Shown: piece by piece, positions 42,100-55,582 of the stretch
How positions within the stretch are numbered: position 1 is the first letter of the stretch
How the letters are laid out: every line of letters starts with the position of its first letter
Source of the DNA: Eledone cirrhosa
Taxonomy: Eukaryota
Direction: 5' to 3'
Assembly (NCBI GenBank): GCA_964016885.1
Contig: OZ024742.1
Span: forward strand, 185,876,001-185,940,000
DNA: 64,000 bases
Made by a program: the position numbers and the translations under genes
Notes under the pieces: generated by a model
What the model was told of the DNA's origin: nothing
The model's input: the letters and a program-made list of their open reading frames with translations, nothing else
Databases searched by the model: none

Positions 42100-43950
42100 A
42101 TTGTTGTTGTTGCTGTTGTTATTGTTGATGTTGCAGTTGTTATTGTTGTTGTTGCTGTTGTCATTGCTGATGTTGTTATTGTTGATGTTGTTGTTGTTGT
42201 TGTTGTTGTTGTTGCTGTTGTTATAGCTGATGTTGTTATTGTTGATGTTGCTGTTCTATTTGTTGCTGTTGTTATTGTTGATGTTGCTGTTGTTATTGTT
42301 GATGTTGCTGTTGTTATTGTTGTTGTTGCTGTTGTTATTTTTGATGTTGGTGTTGTTGTTACTGTTGTTGCTGTTGTTATTGCTGATGTTGCTGTTGTTA
42401 TTGTTGATGTTGCTGTTGTTATTGTTGATGTTGCTGTTATTATTGTTGTTATTGCTGTTGTTATTGTTGAGGTTGCTGTTGTTATTGTTGTTGTTGCTCT
42501 TGTTGTTGTTGATGTTGCATTTGTTATTGCTGTTGTTGCTGTTGTTATTGCTGATGTTACTGTTGTTATTGTTGTTGTTGCTGTTGTTATTGTTGATGTT
42601 GCTGTTGTTATTGTTGATGTTGCTGTTGTTATTGCCGTTGTTATTGCTGTTGTTATTGTTGATGTCGTTGTTGTTATTCTTGCTGTTGTTATTGTTGATG
42701 TTGCTGTTGTTATTGTTGTTGTTGCTGTTGTTATTGTTGATGTTGCTGTTGTTATTGTTGATGTTGCTGTTGTTGATGTTGTTGCTGTTGTTATTGTTGT
42801 TATTGCTGTTGTTATTGCTGTTGCTGTTGTTATTGTTGATGTTGTTGTTGTTATTGTTGATGTTGCTGTTGTTATTGCTGTTGTCGCTGTTGTTCTTGTT
42901 GATGTTGCTGTTGTTATTGTTGATGTTGCTGTTGTTATTGTTGTTGTTGCTGTTGTTAATGCTGTTATTATTGTTGATGTCGTTGTTGTTATTGTTGCTG
43001 TTTTTATTGTTGATGTTGCTGTTGTTATTGTTGATGTTGCTGTTGTTATTGTTGATGTTGCAGTTTTTATTGTTGTTGTTGCTGTTGTCATTGCTGATGT
43101 TGTTATTGTTGATGTTGCTGTTGTTGTTGTTGTTGTTGCTGTTATTATAGCTGATGTTGTTATTGTTGATGTTGCTGTTCTATTTGTTGCTGTTGTTATT
43201 GTTGATGTTGCTGTTGTTATTGTTGATGTTGCTGTTGTTATTGTTGTTGTTGCTGTTGTTATTTTTGATGTTGGTGTTGTTGTTGCTGTTGTTGCTGTTG
43301 TTATTGCTGATGTTGCTGTTGTTATTGTTGATGTTGCTGTTGTTATTGTTGATGTTGCTGTTGTTATTGTTGTTATTGCCTTTTGTTATTGTTGCGGTTG
43401 CTGTTGTTATTGTTGTTGTTGCTGTTGTTATTGTTGATGTTGCATTTGTTATTGCTGTTGTTGCTGTTGTTATTGCTGATGTTACTGTTGTTATTGTTGT
43501 TGTTGCTGTTGTTATTGTTGATGTTGCTGTTGTTATTGTTGAAGTTGCTGTTGTTATTGCCGTTGTTATTGCTGTTGTTATTGTTGATGTCGTTGTTGTT
43601 ATTCTTGCTGTTGTTATTGTTGATGTTGCTGTTGTTATTGTTGTTGTTGCTGTTGTTATTGTTGATGTTGCTGTTGTTATTGTTGATGTTGCTGTTGTTG
43701 CTGTTGTTGCTGTTGTTATTGTTGTTATTGCTGTTGTTATTGCTGTTGCTGTTGTTATTGTTGATGTTGTTGTTGTTATTGTTGATGTTGCTGTTGTTAT
43801 TGCTGTTGTCGCTGTTGGTCTTGTTGATGTTGCTGTTGTTATTGTTGATGTTGCTGTTGTTATTGTTGTTGTTGCTGTTGTTAATGCTGTTGTTATTGTT
43901 GATGTCGTTGTTGTTATTGTTGCTGTTTTTATTGTTGATGTTGCTGTTGT
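42100..43950. repeat. Two-copy tandem repeat, period ~924 bp
   Basis: GTTCTATTTGTTGCT at ~42253/43177 and ORF starts 42230/43154. GCATTT and GCCGTT markers are offset by 925 after a +1 shift at ~43381. Confidence 0.88.
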
Positions 43951-46900
43951 TATTGTTGATGTTGCTGTTGTTATTGCTGTTGTAATTGTTGATGTTGCTA
44001 TTGTTATTGCTGTTGTTGCTGTTGTCATTGTTGATGTTCCTGTTGTTATTGTTGATGTTGCTGTTGTTATTGTTGTTATTGCTGTTGTTATTGTTGATGT
44101 TGCTGTTGTTATTGTTGATGTTGCTGTTGTTATTGTTGTTGTTGCTGTTGTTATTGTTGATGTTGCAGTTGTTATTGTTGTTGTTGCTGTTGTCATTGTT
44201 GATGTTGTTATTGTTGATGTTGCTGTTGTTTGTTGTTGTTGCTGTTGTTATAGCTGATGTTGTTATTGTTGATTTTGCTGTTGTTATTGTTGATGTTGCT
44301 GTTGTTATTGCTGTTGTTATTGTTGATGTTGTTATTGTTGTTGTTGTTATTGTTGATGTTGTTGTTGTTATTGTTGATGTTGCTGTTGTTATTGCTGTTG
44401 TTATTGTTGATGTCGTTGTTGTTATTGTTGATGTTGTTATTGTTGATGTTGCTGTTGTTATTGTTGATGTTGCTGTTGTTATTGTTGTTGTTGCTGTTGT
44501 TAATGCTGTTGTTATTGTTGATGTCGTTGTTGTTATTGTTGCTGTTAATATTGTTGATGTTGCTGTTGTTATTGTTGATGTTGCTGTTGTTATTGCTGTT
44601 GTTATTGTTGATGTTGCTATTGTTATTGCTGTTGTTGCTGTTGTTATTGTTGATGTTGCTGTTGTTATTGTTGATGTTGCTGTTGTTATTGCTGATGTTG
44701 CTGTTGTTATTGTTGATGTTGCTGCTGTTGCTGTTGTCGCTGTTGTTATTGTTGTTGTTGCTGTTGTGATTGTTGATGTTGCTGTTGTTGCTGTTGTTTC
44801 TGTTGTTATTGTTGTTATTGCTGTTGTTATTGCTGTTGCTGTTGTTATTGTTGATGTTGTTGTTGTTATTGTTGATGTTGCTGTTGTTATTGCTGTTGTC
44901 GCTGTTGTTCTTGTTGATGATGCTGTTGTTATTGTTGATGTTGCTGTTGTTATTGTTGTTGTTGCTGTTGTTAATGCTGTTGTTATTGTTGATATCGTTG
45001 TTGTTATTGTTGCTGTTTGTATTGTTGATGTTGCTGTTGTTATTGTTGATGTTGCTGTTGTTATTGCTTTGTTATTGTTGATGTTGCTATTGTTATTGCT
45101 GTTGATGCAGTTGTTATTGTTGTTGTTGCTGTTGTTATTGTTGATGTTGCTGTTGTCATTGTTGTTGTTGCTGTTGTTATTGTTGATGTTGCAGTTGTTA
45201 TTGTTGTTGTTGCTGTTTTCATTGCTGATGTTGTTATTGTTGATGTTGCTGTTGTTTGTTGTTGTTGCTGTTGTTATAGCTGATGTTGTTATTGTTGATG
45301 TTGCTGTTGTTATTGTTGCTGTTGTTATTGTTGATGTTGCTCTTGTTATTGTTGATGTTGCTGTTGTTATTGTTGTTGTTGCTGTTGTTATTTTTGATGT
45401 TGCTGTTGTTGTTGCTGTTGTTGCTGTTGTTATTGCTGATGTTGCTGTTGTTATTGTTGATGTTGCTGTTGTTATTGTTGATGTTGCTGTTGTTATTGTT
45501 GTTATTGCTGTTGTTATTGTTGCTGTTGCTGTTGTTATTGTTGTAGTTGCTGTTGTTATTGTTGATGTTGCATTTGTTATTGCTGTTGTTGCTGTTGTTA
45601 TTGCTGATGTTACTGTTGTTATTGTTGTTGTTGCTGTTGTTATTGTTGATGTTGCTGTTGTTATTGTTGATGTTGCTGTTGTTATTGTTGATGTTGCTGT
45701 TGTTATTGCTGTTGTTATTGTTGATGTTGTTGTTATTGTTGCTGTTTTTATTGTTGATTTTGTTGTTGTTGTTGTTGATGTTGCTGTTGTTATTGCTGTT
45801 GTTATTGTTGATGTCGTTGTTGTTATTGTTGCTGTTGTTATTGTTGATGTTGCTGTTGTTATTGTTGATGTTGCTGTTGTTATTGTTGATGTTGCTGTTG
45901 TTATTGTTGATGTTGTTATTGTTGTTATTGCTGTTGTTATTGTTGATGTTGCTGTTGTTATTATTGATGTTGCTGTTGTTATTGCTGATGTTGCTGTTGT
46001 TATTGTTGATGTTGCTGTTGTTGCAGTTGTCGCTGTTGTTATTGTTGTTGTTGCTGTTGTTTTTCTTGATGTTGCTGTTGTTGCTGTTGTTGTTGTTGTC
46101 GCTGTTGTTATTGTTGTTATTGCTGTTGTTATTGCTGTTGCTGTTGTTATTGTTGATGTTGCTGTTGTTATTGTTGTTGTTGCTGTTGTTAATGCTGTTG
46201 TTATTGTTGATGTCGTTGTTGTTATTGTTGCTGTTGTTATTGTTGATGTTGGTGATGTTATTGTTGATGTTGATGTTGTTATTGTTGATGTTGCTGTTGT
46301 TATTGCTGATGTTGCTGTTGTTATTGCTGATGTTGCTGTTGTTATTCTTGATGTTGCTGTTGTTGCAGTTGTCGCTGTTTTTATTGTTGTTGTTGCTGTT
46401 GTTATTGTTGATGTAGCTGTTGTTATTGTTGATGTTGCTGTTGTTGCTGTTGTCGCTGTTGGTATTGTTGTTGTTGCTGTTGTTATTGTTGATGTTGCTG
46501 TTGTTATTGTTGATGTTGCTGTTGTTATTGCTGATGTTGCTGTTGTTATTCTTGATGTTGCTGTTGTTGCAGTTGTCGCTGTTTTTATTGATGTTGTTGC
46601 TGTTGTTATTGTTGATGTAGCTGTTGTTATTGTTGATGTTGCTGTTGTTGCTGTTGTTGTTGTTGTCGCTGTTGTTATTGTTCTTATTGCTGTTGTTATT
46701 GCTGTTGCTGTTGTTATTGTTGATGTTGTTGTTGTTATTGTTGATGTTGCTGTTGTTATTGCTGTTGTTATTGTTGATGTCGTTGTTGTTATTGTTGCTG
46801 TTGTTATTGTTGATGTTGCTGTTGTTATTTTTGATGTTGCAGTTGTTGTTGTTGTTGTTGGTGTTGTTAATGCTGTTGTTATTGTTGATGTCGTTGTTGT

Positions 46901-49900
46901 TATTGTTTCTGTTGTTATTGTTGATGTTGCTGTTGTTATTGTTGATGTTGCTGTTGTTATTGCTGTTGTTATTGTTGATGTTGCTATTGTTATTGCTGTT
47001 GTTGCTGTTGTTATTGTTGATGTTGCTGTTGTTATTGTTGATGTTGATGTTGCTGTTGTTATTGTTGATGTTGCTGTTGTTATTGTTGATGTTGCAGTTG
47101 TTATTGTTGTTGTTGCTGTTGTCATTGCTGATGTTGTTATTGTTGATGTTGCTGTTGTTTGTTGTTGTTGCTGTTGTTATAGCTGATGTTGTTATTTTTG
47201 ATGTTGCTGTTGTTGTTGCTGTTGTTGCTGTTGTTATTGTTGCTGTTGTTATTTTTGATGTTGCTGTTGTTGTTGCTGTTGTCGCTGTTGTTATTGTTGT
47301 TGTTGCTGTTGTTATTGTTGATGTTACTGTTGTTATTGTTGATGTTGCTGTTGTTATTGCTGATGCTGCTGTTGTTATTGTTGATGTTGCAGTTGTTGCA
47401 GTTGTCGCTGTTGTTATTGTTGTTGTTGCTGTTGTTATTGTTGATGTTGCTGTTGTTATTGTTGATGTTGCTGTTGTATTGCTGATGTTGCTGTTGTTAT
47501 TGTTGATGTTGCTGTTGTTGCAGTTGTCGCTGTTGTTATTGTTGTTGTCGCTGTTGTTGCTGTTGTTGTTGTTGTTGCTGTTGTTATTGTTGTTATTGCT
47601 GTTGTTAATTCTGTTGTTATTGTTGATGTCGTTGTTGTTATTGTTGCTGTTGTTATTGTTGATGTTGCTGTTGTTATTGTTGATGTTGCTGTTGTTATTG
47701 CTGTTGTTATTGTTGATGTTGCTGTTGTTATTGCTGTTGTTATTGCTGATGTTGCTGTTGTTATTGTTGACGTTGCTGTTGTTGCAGTTGTCGCTGTTGT
47801 TATTGTTGATGTCGTTGTTGTTATTGTTGCTGTTGTTATTGTTGATGTTGCTGTTGTTATTGTTGATGTTGCTGTTGTTATTGTTGTTGTTGCTGTTGTT
47901 ATTGTTGATGTTGCTGTTGTTATTGTTGATGTTGCTGTTGTTGCTGTTGTTGCTGTTGTTATTGTTGTTATTGCTGTTGTTATTGCTGTTGCTGTTGTTA
48001 TTGTTGATGTTGTTGTTGTTATTGTTGATGTTGCTGTTGTTATTACTGTTGTCGCTGTTGTTCTTGTTGATGTTGCTGTTGTTATTGTTGATGTTGCTGT
48101 TGTTATTGTTGTTGTTGCTGTTGTTAATGCTGTTGTTATTGTTGATGTCGTTGTTGTTATTGTTGCTGTTGTTATTGTTGATGTTGCTGTTGTTATTGTT
48201 GATGTTGCTGTTGTTATTGTTGTTGTTGCTGTTGTTATTGTTGATGTTGCTGTTGTTATTGTTGATGTTGCTGTTGTTGCTGTTGTTGCTGTTGTTATTG
48301 TTGTTATTGCTGTTGTTATTGCTGTTGCTGTTGTTATTGTTGATGTTGTTGTTGTTATTGTTGATGTTGCTGTTGTTATTGCTGTTGTCGCTGTTGTTCT
48401 TGTTGATGTTGCTGTTGTTATTGTTGATGTTGCTGTTGTTATTGTTGTTGTTGCTGTTGTTAATGCTGTTGTTATTGTTGATGTCGTTGTTGTTATTGTT
48501 GCTGTTTTTATTGTTGATGTTGCTGTTGTTATTGTTGATGTTGCTGTTGTTATTGCTGTTGTAATTGTTGATGTTGCTATTGTTATTGCTGTTGTTGCTG
48601 TTGTTATTGTTGATGTTCCTGTTGTTATTGTTGATGTTGCTGTTGTTATTGTTGTTATTGCTGTTGTTATTGTTGATGTTGCTGTTGTTATTGTTGATGT
48701 TGCTGTTGTTATTGTTGTTGTTGCTGTTGTTATTGTTGATGTTGCAGTTGTTATTGTTGTTGTTGCTGTTGTCATTGCTGATGTTGTTATTGTTGATGTT
48801 GCTGTTGTTTGTTGTTGTTGCTGTTGTTATAGCTGATGTTGTTATTGTTGATTTTGCTGTTGTTATTGTTGATGTTGCTGTTGTTATTGCTGTTGTTATT
48901 GTTGATGTTGTTGTTATTGTTGTTGTTGTTATTGTTGATGTTGTTGTTGTTATTGTTGATGTTGCTGTTGTTATTGCTGTTGTTATTGTTGATGTCGTTG
49001 TTGTTATTGTTGCTGTTGTTATTGTTGATGTTGCTGTTGTTATTGTTGATGTTGCTGTTGTTATTGTTGTTGTTGCTGTTGTTAATGCTGTTGTTATTGT
49101 TGATGTCGTTGTTGTTATTGTTGCTGTTATTGTTGTTGATGTTGCTGTTGTTATTGTTGATGTTGCTGTTGTTATTGCTGTTGTTATTGTTGATGTTGCT
49201 ATTGTTATTGCTGTTGTTGCTGTTGTTATTGTTGATGTTGCTGTTGTTATTGTTGATGTTGGTGTTGTTATTGCTGATGTTGCTGTTGTTATTGTTGATG
49301 TTGCTGCTGTTGCTGTTGTCGTTGTTGTTATTGTTGTTGTTGCTGTTGTGATTGTTGATGTTGCTGTTGTTGCTGTTGTTTCTGTTGTTATTGTTGTTAT
49401 TGCTGTTGTTATTGCTGTTGCTGTTGTTATTGTTGATGTTGTTGTTGTTATTGTTGATGTTGCTGTTGTTATTGCTGTTGTCGCTGTTGTTCTTGTTGAT
49501 GATGCTGTTGTTATTGTTGATGTTGCTGTTGTTATTGTTGTTGTTGCTGTTGTTAATGCTGTTGTTATTGTTGATGTCGTTGTTGTTATTGTTGCTGTTT
49601 GTATTGTTGATGTTGCTGTTGTTATTGTTGATGTTGCTGTTGTTATTGCTTTGTTATTGTTGATGTTGCTATTGTTATTGCTGTTGATGCAGTTGTTATT
49701 GTTGTTGTTGCTGTTGTTATTGTTGATGTTGCTGTTGTCATTGTTGTTGTTGCTGTTGTTATTGTTGATGTTGCAGTTGTTATTGTTGTTGTTGCTGTTT
49801 TCATTGCTGATGTTGTTATTGTTGATGTTGCTGTTGTTTGTTGTTGTTGCTGTTGTTATAGCTGATGTTGTTATTGTTGATGTTGCTGTTGTTATTGTTG

Positions 49901-50331
49901 CTGTTGTTATTGTTGATGTTGCTCTTGTTATTGTTGATGTTGCTGTTGTTATTGTTGTTGTTGCTGTTGTTATTTTTGATGTTGCTGTTGTTGTTGCTGT
50001 TGTTGCTGTTGTTATTGCTGATGTTGCTGTTGTTATTGTTGATGTTGCTGTTGTTATTGTTGATGTTGCTGTTGTCATTGTTGTTATTGCTGTTGTTATT
50101 GTTGATGTTGCTGTTGTTATTGTTGTAGTTGCTGTTGTTATTGTTGATGTTGCATTTGTTATTGCTGTTGTTGCTGTTGTTATTGCTGATGTTACTGTTG
50201 TTATTGTTGTTGTTGCTGTTGTTATTGTTGATGTTGCTGTTGTTATTGTTGATGTGGTGTTGTTATTGTTGATGTTGCTGTTGTTATTGCTGTTGTTATT
50301 GTTGATGTTGTTGTTATTGTTGCTGTTTTTA

Positions 50332-50364
<33 letters not shown>

Positions 50365-52400
50365 CTGTTGTTATTGCTGTTGTTATTGTTGATGTCGTTG
50401 TTGTTATTGTTGCTGTTGTTATTGTTGATGTTGCTGTTGTTATTGTTGATGTTGCTGTTGTTATTGTTGATGTTGCTGTTGTTATTGTTGATGTTGTTAT
50501 TGTTGTTATTGCTGTTGTTATTGTTGATGTTGCTGTTGTTATTATTGATGTTGCTGTTGTTATTGCTGATGATGCTGTTGTTATTGTTGATGTTGCTGTT
50601 GTTGCAGTTGTCGCTGTTGTTATTGTTGTTGTTGCTGTTGTTATTGTTGATGTTATTGTTGTTATTGCTGTCGTTATTGTTGATGTTGTTGTTGCTGTTG
50701 TTAATGCTGTTGTTATTGTTGATGTCGTTGTTGTTATTGTTGCTTTTGTTATTGTTGATGTTGCTGATGTTATTGTTGATGTTGATGTTGTTATTGTTGA
50801 TGTTGCTGTTGTTATTGCTGATGTTGCTGTTGTTATTGTTGATGTTGCTGTTGTTGCTGTTGTCGCTGTTGGTATTGTTGTTGTTGCTGTTGTTATTGTT
50901 GATGTTGCTGTTGTTATTGTTGATGTTGCTGTTGTTATTGCTGATGTTGCTGTTGTTATTCTTGATGTTGCTGTTGTTGCAGTTGTCGCTGTTTTTATTG
51001 TTGTTGTTGCTGTTGTTATTGTTGATGTAGCTGTTGTTATTGTTGATGTTGCTGTTGTTGCTGTTGTTGTTGTTGTCGCTGTTGTTATTGTTCTTATTGC
51101 TGTTGTTATTGCTGTTGCTGTTGTTATTGTTGATGTTGTTGTTGTTATTGTTGATGTTGCTGTTGTTATTGTTGTTGTTATTGTTGATGTCGTTGTTGTT
51201 ATTGTTGCTGTTGTTATTGTTGATGTTGCTGTTGTTATTTTTGATGTTGCAGTTGTTATTGTTGTTGTTGCTGTTGTTAATGCTGTTGTTATTGTTGATG
51301 TCGTTGTTGTTATTGTTGCTGTTGTTATTGTTGATGTTGCTGTTGTTATTGTTGATGTTGCTGTTGTTATTGCTGTTGTTATTGTTGATGTTGCTATTGT
51401 TATTGCTGTTGTTGCTGTTGTTATTGTTGATGTTGCTGTTGTTATTGTTGATGTTGATGTTGCTGTTGTTATTGTTGATGTTGCTGTTGTTATTGTTGAT
51501 GTTGCAGTTGTTATTGTTGTTGTTGCTGTTGTCATTGCTGATGTTGTTATTGTTGATGTTGCTGTTGTTTGTTGTTGTTGCTGTTGTTATAGCTGATGTT
51601 GTTATTTTTGATGTTGCTGTTGTTGTTGCTGTTGTTGCTGTTGTTATTGTTGCTGTTGTTATTTTTGATGTTGCTGTTGTTGTTGCTGTTGTCGCTGTTG
51701 TTATTGTTGTTGTTGTTGTTGTTGTTATTGTTGATGTTACAGTTGTTATTGTTGATGTTGGTGTTGTTATTGCTGATGCTGCTGTTGTTATTGTTGATGT
51801 TGCAGTTGTTGCAGTTGTCGCTGTTGTTATTGTTGTTGTTGCTGTTGTTATTGTTGATGTTGCTGTTGTTATTGTTGATGTTGCTGTTGTATTGCTGATG
51901 TTGCTGTTGTTATTGTTGATGTTGCTGTTGTTGCAGTTGTCGCTGTTGTTATTGTTGTTGTCGCTGTTGTTGCTGTTGTTGTTGTTGTTGCTGTTGTTAT
52001 TGTTATTGCTGTTGTTAATTCTGTTGTTATTGTTGATGTCGTTGTTGTTATTGTTGCTGTTGTTATTGTTGATGTTGCTGTTGTTATTGTTGATGTTGCT
52101 GTTGTTATTGCTGTTGTTATTGTTGATGTTGCTGTTGTTATTGCTGTTGTTATTGCTGATGTTGCTGTTGTTATTGTTGACGTTGCTGTTGTTGCAGTTG
52201 TCGCTGTTGTTATTGTTGATGTCGTTGTTGTTATTGTTGCTGTTGTTATTGTTGATGTTGCTGTTGTTATTGTTGATGTTGCTGTTGTTATTGTTGTTGT
52301 TGCTGTTGTTAATGCTGTTGTTATAGTTGATGTCGTTGTTGTTATTGTTGCTGTTGTTATTGTTGATGTTGCTGTTGTTATTGTTGATGTTGCTGTTGTT
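43600..52400. repeat. Diverged tandem duplication, period 4579-4582 bp, shrinking to 4410 bp distally
   Basis: ORF starts 43986/48565 and 44257/48836 differ by 4579, 44770/49352 and 45283/49865 by 4582, and 46624/51034 and 47186/51596 by 4410. Confidence 0.85.
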
Positions 52401-52940
52401 ATTGTTGTTGTTGCTGTTGTTATTGTTGATGTTGCTGTTGTTATTGTTGATGTTGCTGTTGTTGCTGTTGTTGCTGTTGTTATTGTTGTTATTGCTGTTG
52501 TTATTGCTGTTGCTGTTGTTATTGTTGATGTTGTTGTTGTTATTCTTGATGTTGCTGTTGTTATTACTGTTGTCGCTGTTGTTCTTGTTGATGTTGCTGT
52601 TGTTATTGTTGATGTTGCTGTTGTTATTGTTGTTGTTGCTGTTGTTAATGCTGTTGTTATTGTTGATGTCGTTGTTGTTATTGTTGCTGTTTTTATTGTT
52701 GAAGTTGCTGTTGTTATTGTTGATGTTGCTGTTGTTATTGCTGTTGTTATTGTTGATGTTGCATTTGTTATTGCTGTTGTTGCTGTTGTTATTGCTGATG
52801 TTACTGTTGTTATTGTTGTTGTTGCTGTTGTTATTGTTGATGTTGCTGTTGTTATTGTTGATGTGGTGTTGTTATTGTTGATGTTGCTGTTGTTATTGCT
52901 GTTGTTATTGTTGATGTTGTTGTTATTGTTGCTGTTTTTA

Positions 52941-52973
<33 letters not shown>

Positions 52974-55549
52974 CTGTTGTTATTGCTGTTGTTATTGTTG
53001 ATGTCGTTGTTGTTATTGTTGCTGTTGTTATTGTTGATGTTGCTGTTGTTATTGTTGATGTTGCTGTTGTTATTGTTGATGTTGCTGTTGTTATTGTTGA
53101 TGTTGTTATTGTTGTTATTGCTGTTGTTATTGTTGATGTTGCTGTTGTTATTATTGATGTTGCTGTTGTTATTGCTGATGATGCTGTTGTTATTGTTGAT
53201 GTTGCTGTTGTTGCAGTTGTCGCTGTTGTTATTGTTGTTGTTGCTGTTGTTATTGTTGATGTTATTGTTGTTATTGCTGTCGTTATTGTTGATGTTGTTG
53301 TTGCTGTTGTTAATGCTGTTGTTATTGTTGATGTCGTTGTTGTTATTGTTGCTTTTGTTATTGTTGATGTTGCTGATGTTATTGTTGATGTTGATGTTGT
53401 TATTGTTGATGTTGCTGTTGTTATTGCTGATGTTGCTGTTGTTATTGTTGATGTTGCTGTTGTTGCTGTTGTCGCTGTTGGTATTGTTGTTGTTGCTGTT
53501 GTTATTGTTGATGTTGCTGTTGTTATTGTTGATGTTGCTGTTGTTATTGCTGATGTTGCTGTTGTTATTCTTGATGTTGCTGTTGTTGCAGTTGTCGCTG
53601 TTTTTATTGTTGTTGTTGCTGTTGTTATTGTTGATGTAGCTGTTGTTATTGTTGATGTTGCTGTTGTTGCTGTTGTTGTTGTTGTCGCTGTTGTTATTGT
53701 TCTTATTGCTGTTGTTATTGCTGTTGCTGTTGTTATTGTTGATGTTGTTGTTGTTATTGTTGATGTTGCTGTTGTTATTGCTGTTGTTATTGTTGATGTC
53801 GTTGTTGTTATTGTTGCTGTTGTTATTGTTGATGTTGCTGTTGTTATTTTTGATGTTGCAGTTGTTATTGTTGTTGTTGCTGTTGTTAATGCTGTTGTTA
53901 TTGTTGATGTCGTTGTTGTTATTGTTGCTGTTGTTATTGTTGATGTTGCTGTTGTTATTGTTGATGTTGCTGTTGTTATTGCTGTTGTTATTGTTGATGT
54001 TGCTATTGTTATTGCTGTTGTTGCTGTTGTTATTGTTGATGTTGCTGTTGTTATTGTTGATGTTGATGTTGCTGTTGTTATTGTTGATGTTGCTGTTGTT
54101 ATTGTTGATGTTGCAGTTGTTATTGTTGTTGTTGCTGTTGTCATTGCTGATGTTGTTATTGTTGATGTTGCTGTTGTTTGTTGTTGTTGCTGTTGTTATA
54201 GCTGATGTTGTTATTTTTGATGTTGCTGTTGTTGTTGCTGTTGTTGCTGTTGTTATTGTTGCTGTTGTTATTTTTGATGTTGCTGTTGTTGTTGCTGTTG
54301 TCGCTGTTGTTATTGTTGTTGTTGTTGTTGTTGTTATTGTTGATGTTACAGTTGTTATTGTTGATGTTGGTGTTGTTATTGCTGATGCTGCTGTTGTTAT
54401 TGTTGATGTTGCAGTTGTTGCAGTTGTCGCTGTTGTTATTGTTGTTGTTGCTGTTGTTATTGTTGATGTTGCTGTTGTTATTGTTGATGTTGCTGTTGTA
54501 TTGCTGATGTTGCTGTTGTTATTGTTGATGTTGCTGTTGTTGCAGTTGTCGCTGTTGTTATTGTTGTTGTCGCTGTTGTTGCTGTTGTTGTTGTTGTTGC
54601 TGTTGTTATTGTTATTGCTGTTGTTAATTCTGTTGTTATTGTTGATGTCGTTGTTGTTATTGTTGCTGTTGTTATTGTTGATGTTGCTGTTGTTATTGTT
54701 GATGTTGCTGTTGTTATTGCTGTTGTTATTGTTGATGTTGCTGTTGTTATTGCTGTTGTTATTGCTGATGTTGCTGTTGTTATTGTTGACGTTGCTGTTG
54801 TTGCAGTTGTCGCTGTTGTTATTGTTGATGTCGTTGTTGTTATTGTTGCTGTTGTTATTGTTGATGTTGCTGTTGTTATTGTTGATGTTGCTGTTGTTAT
54901 TGTTGTTGTTGCTGTTGTTAATGCTGTTGTTATAGTTGATGTCGTTGTTGTTATTGTTGCTGTTGTTATTGTTGATGTTGCTGTTGTTATTGTTGATGTT
55001 GCTGTTGTTATTGTTGTTGTTGCTGTTGTTATTGTTGATGTTGCTGTTGTTATTGTTGATGTTGCTGTTGTTGCTGTTGTTGCTGTTGTTATTGTTGTTA
55101 TTGCTGTTGTTATTGCTGTTGCTGTTGTTATTGTTGATGTTGTTGTTGTTATTCTTGATGTTGCTGTTGTTATTACTGTTGTCGCTGTTGTTCTTGTTGA
55201 TGTTGCTGTTGTTATTGTTGATGTTGCTGTTGTTATTGTTGTTGTTGCTGTTGTTAATGCTGTTGTTATTGTTGATGTCGTTGTTGTTATTGTTGCTGTT
55301 TTTATTGTTGAAGTTGCTGTTGTTATTGTTGATGTTGCTGTTGTTATTGCTGTTGTTATTGTTGATGTTGCATTTGTTATTGCTGTTGTTGCTGTTGTTA
55401 TTGCTGATGTTACTGTTGTTATTGTTGTTGTTGCTGTTGTTATTGTTGATGTTGCTGTTGTTATTGTTGATGTGGTGTTGTTATTGTTGATGTTGCTGTT
55501 GTTATTGCTGTTGTTATTGTTGATGTTGTTGTTATTGTTGCTGTTTTTA

Positions 55550-55582
<33 letters not shown>

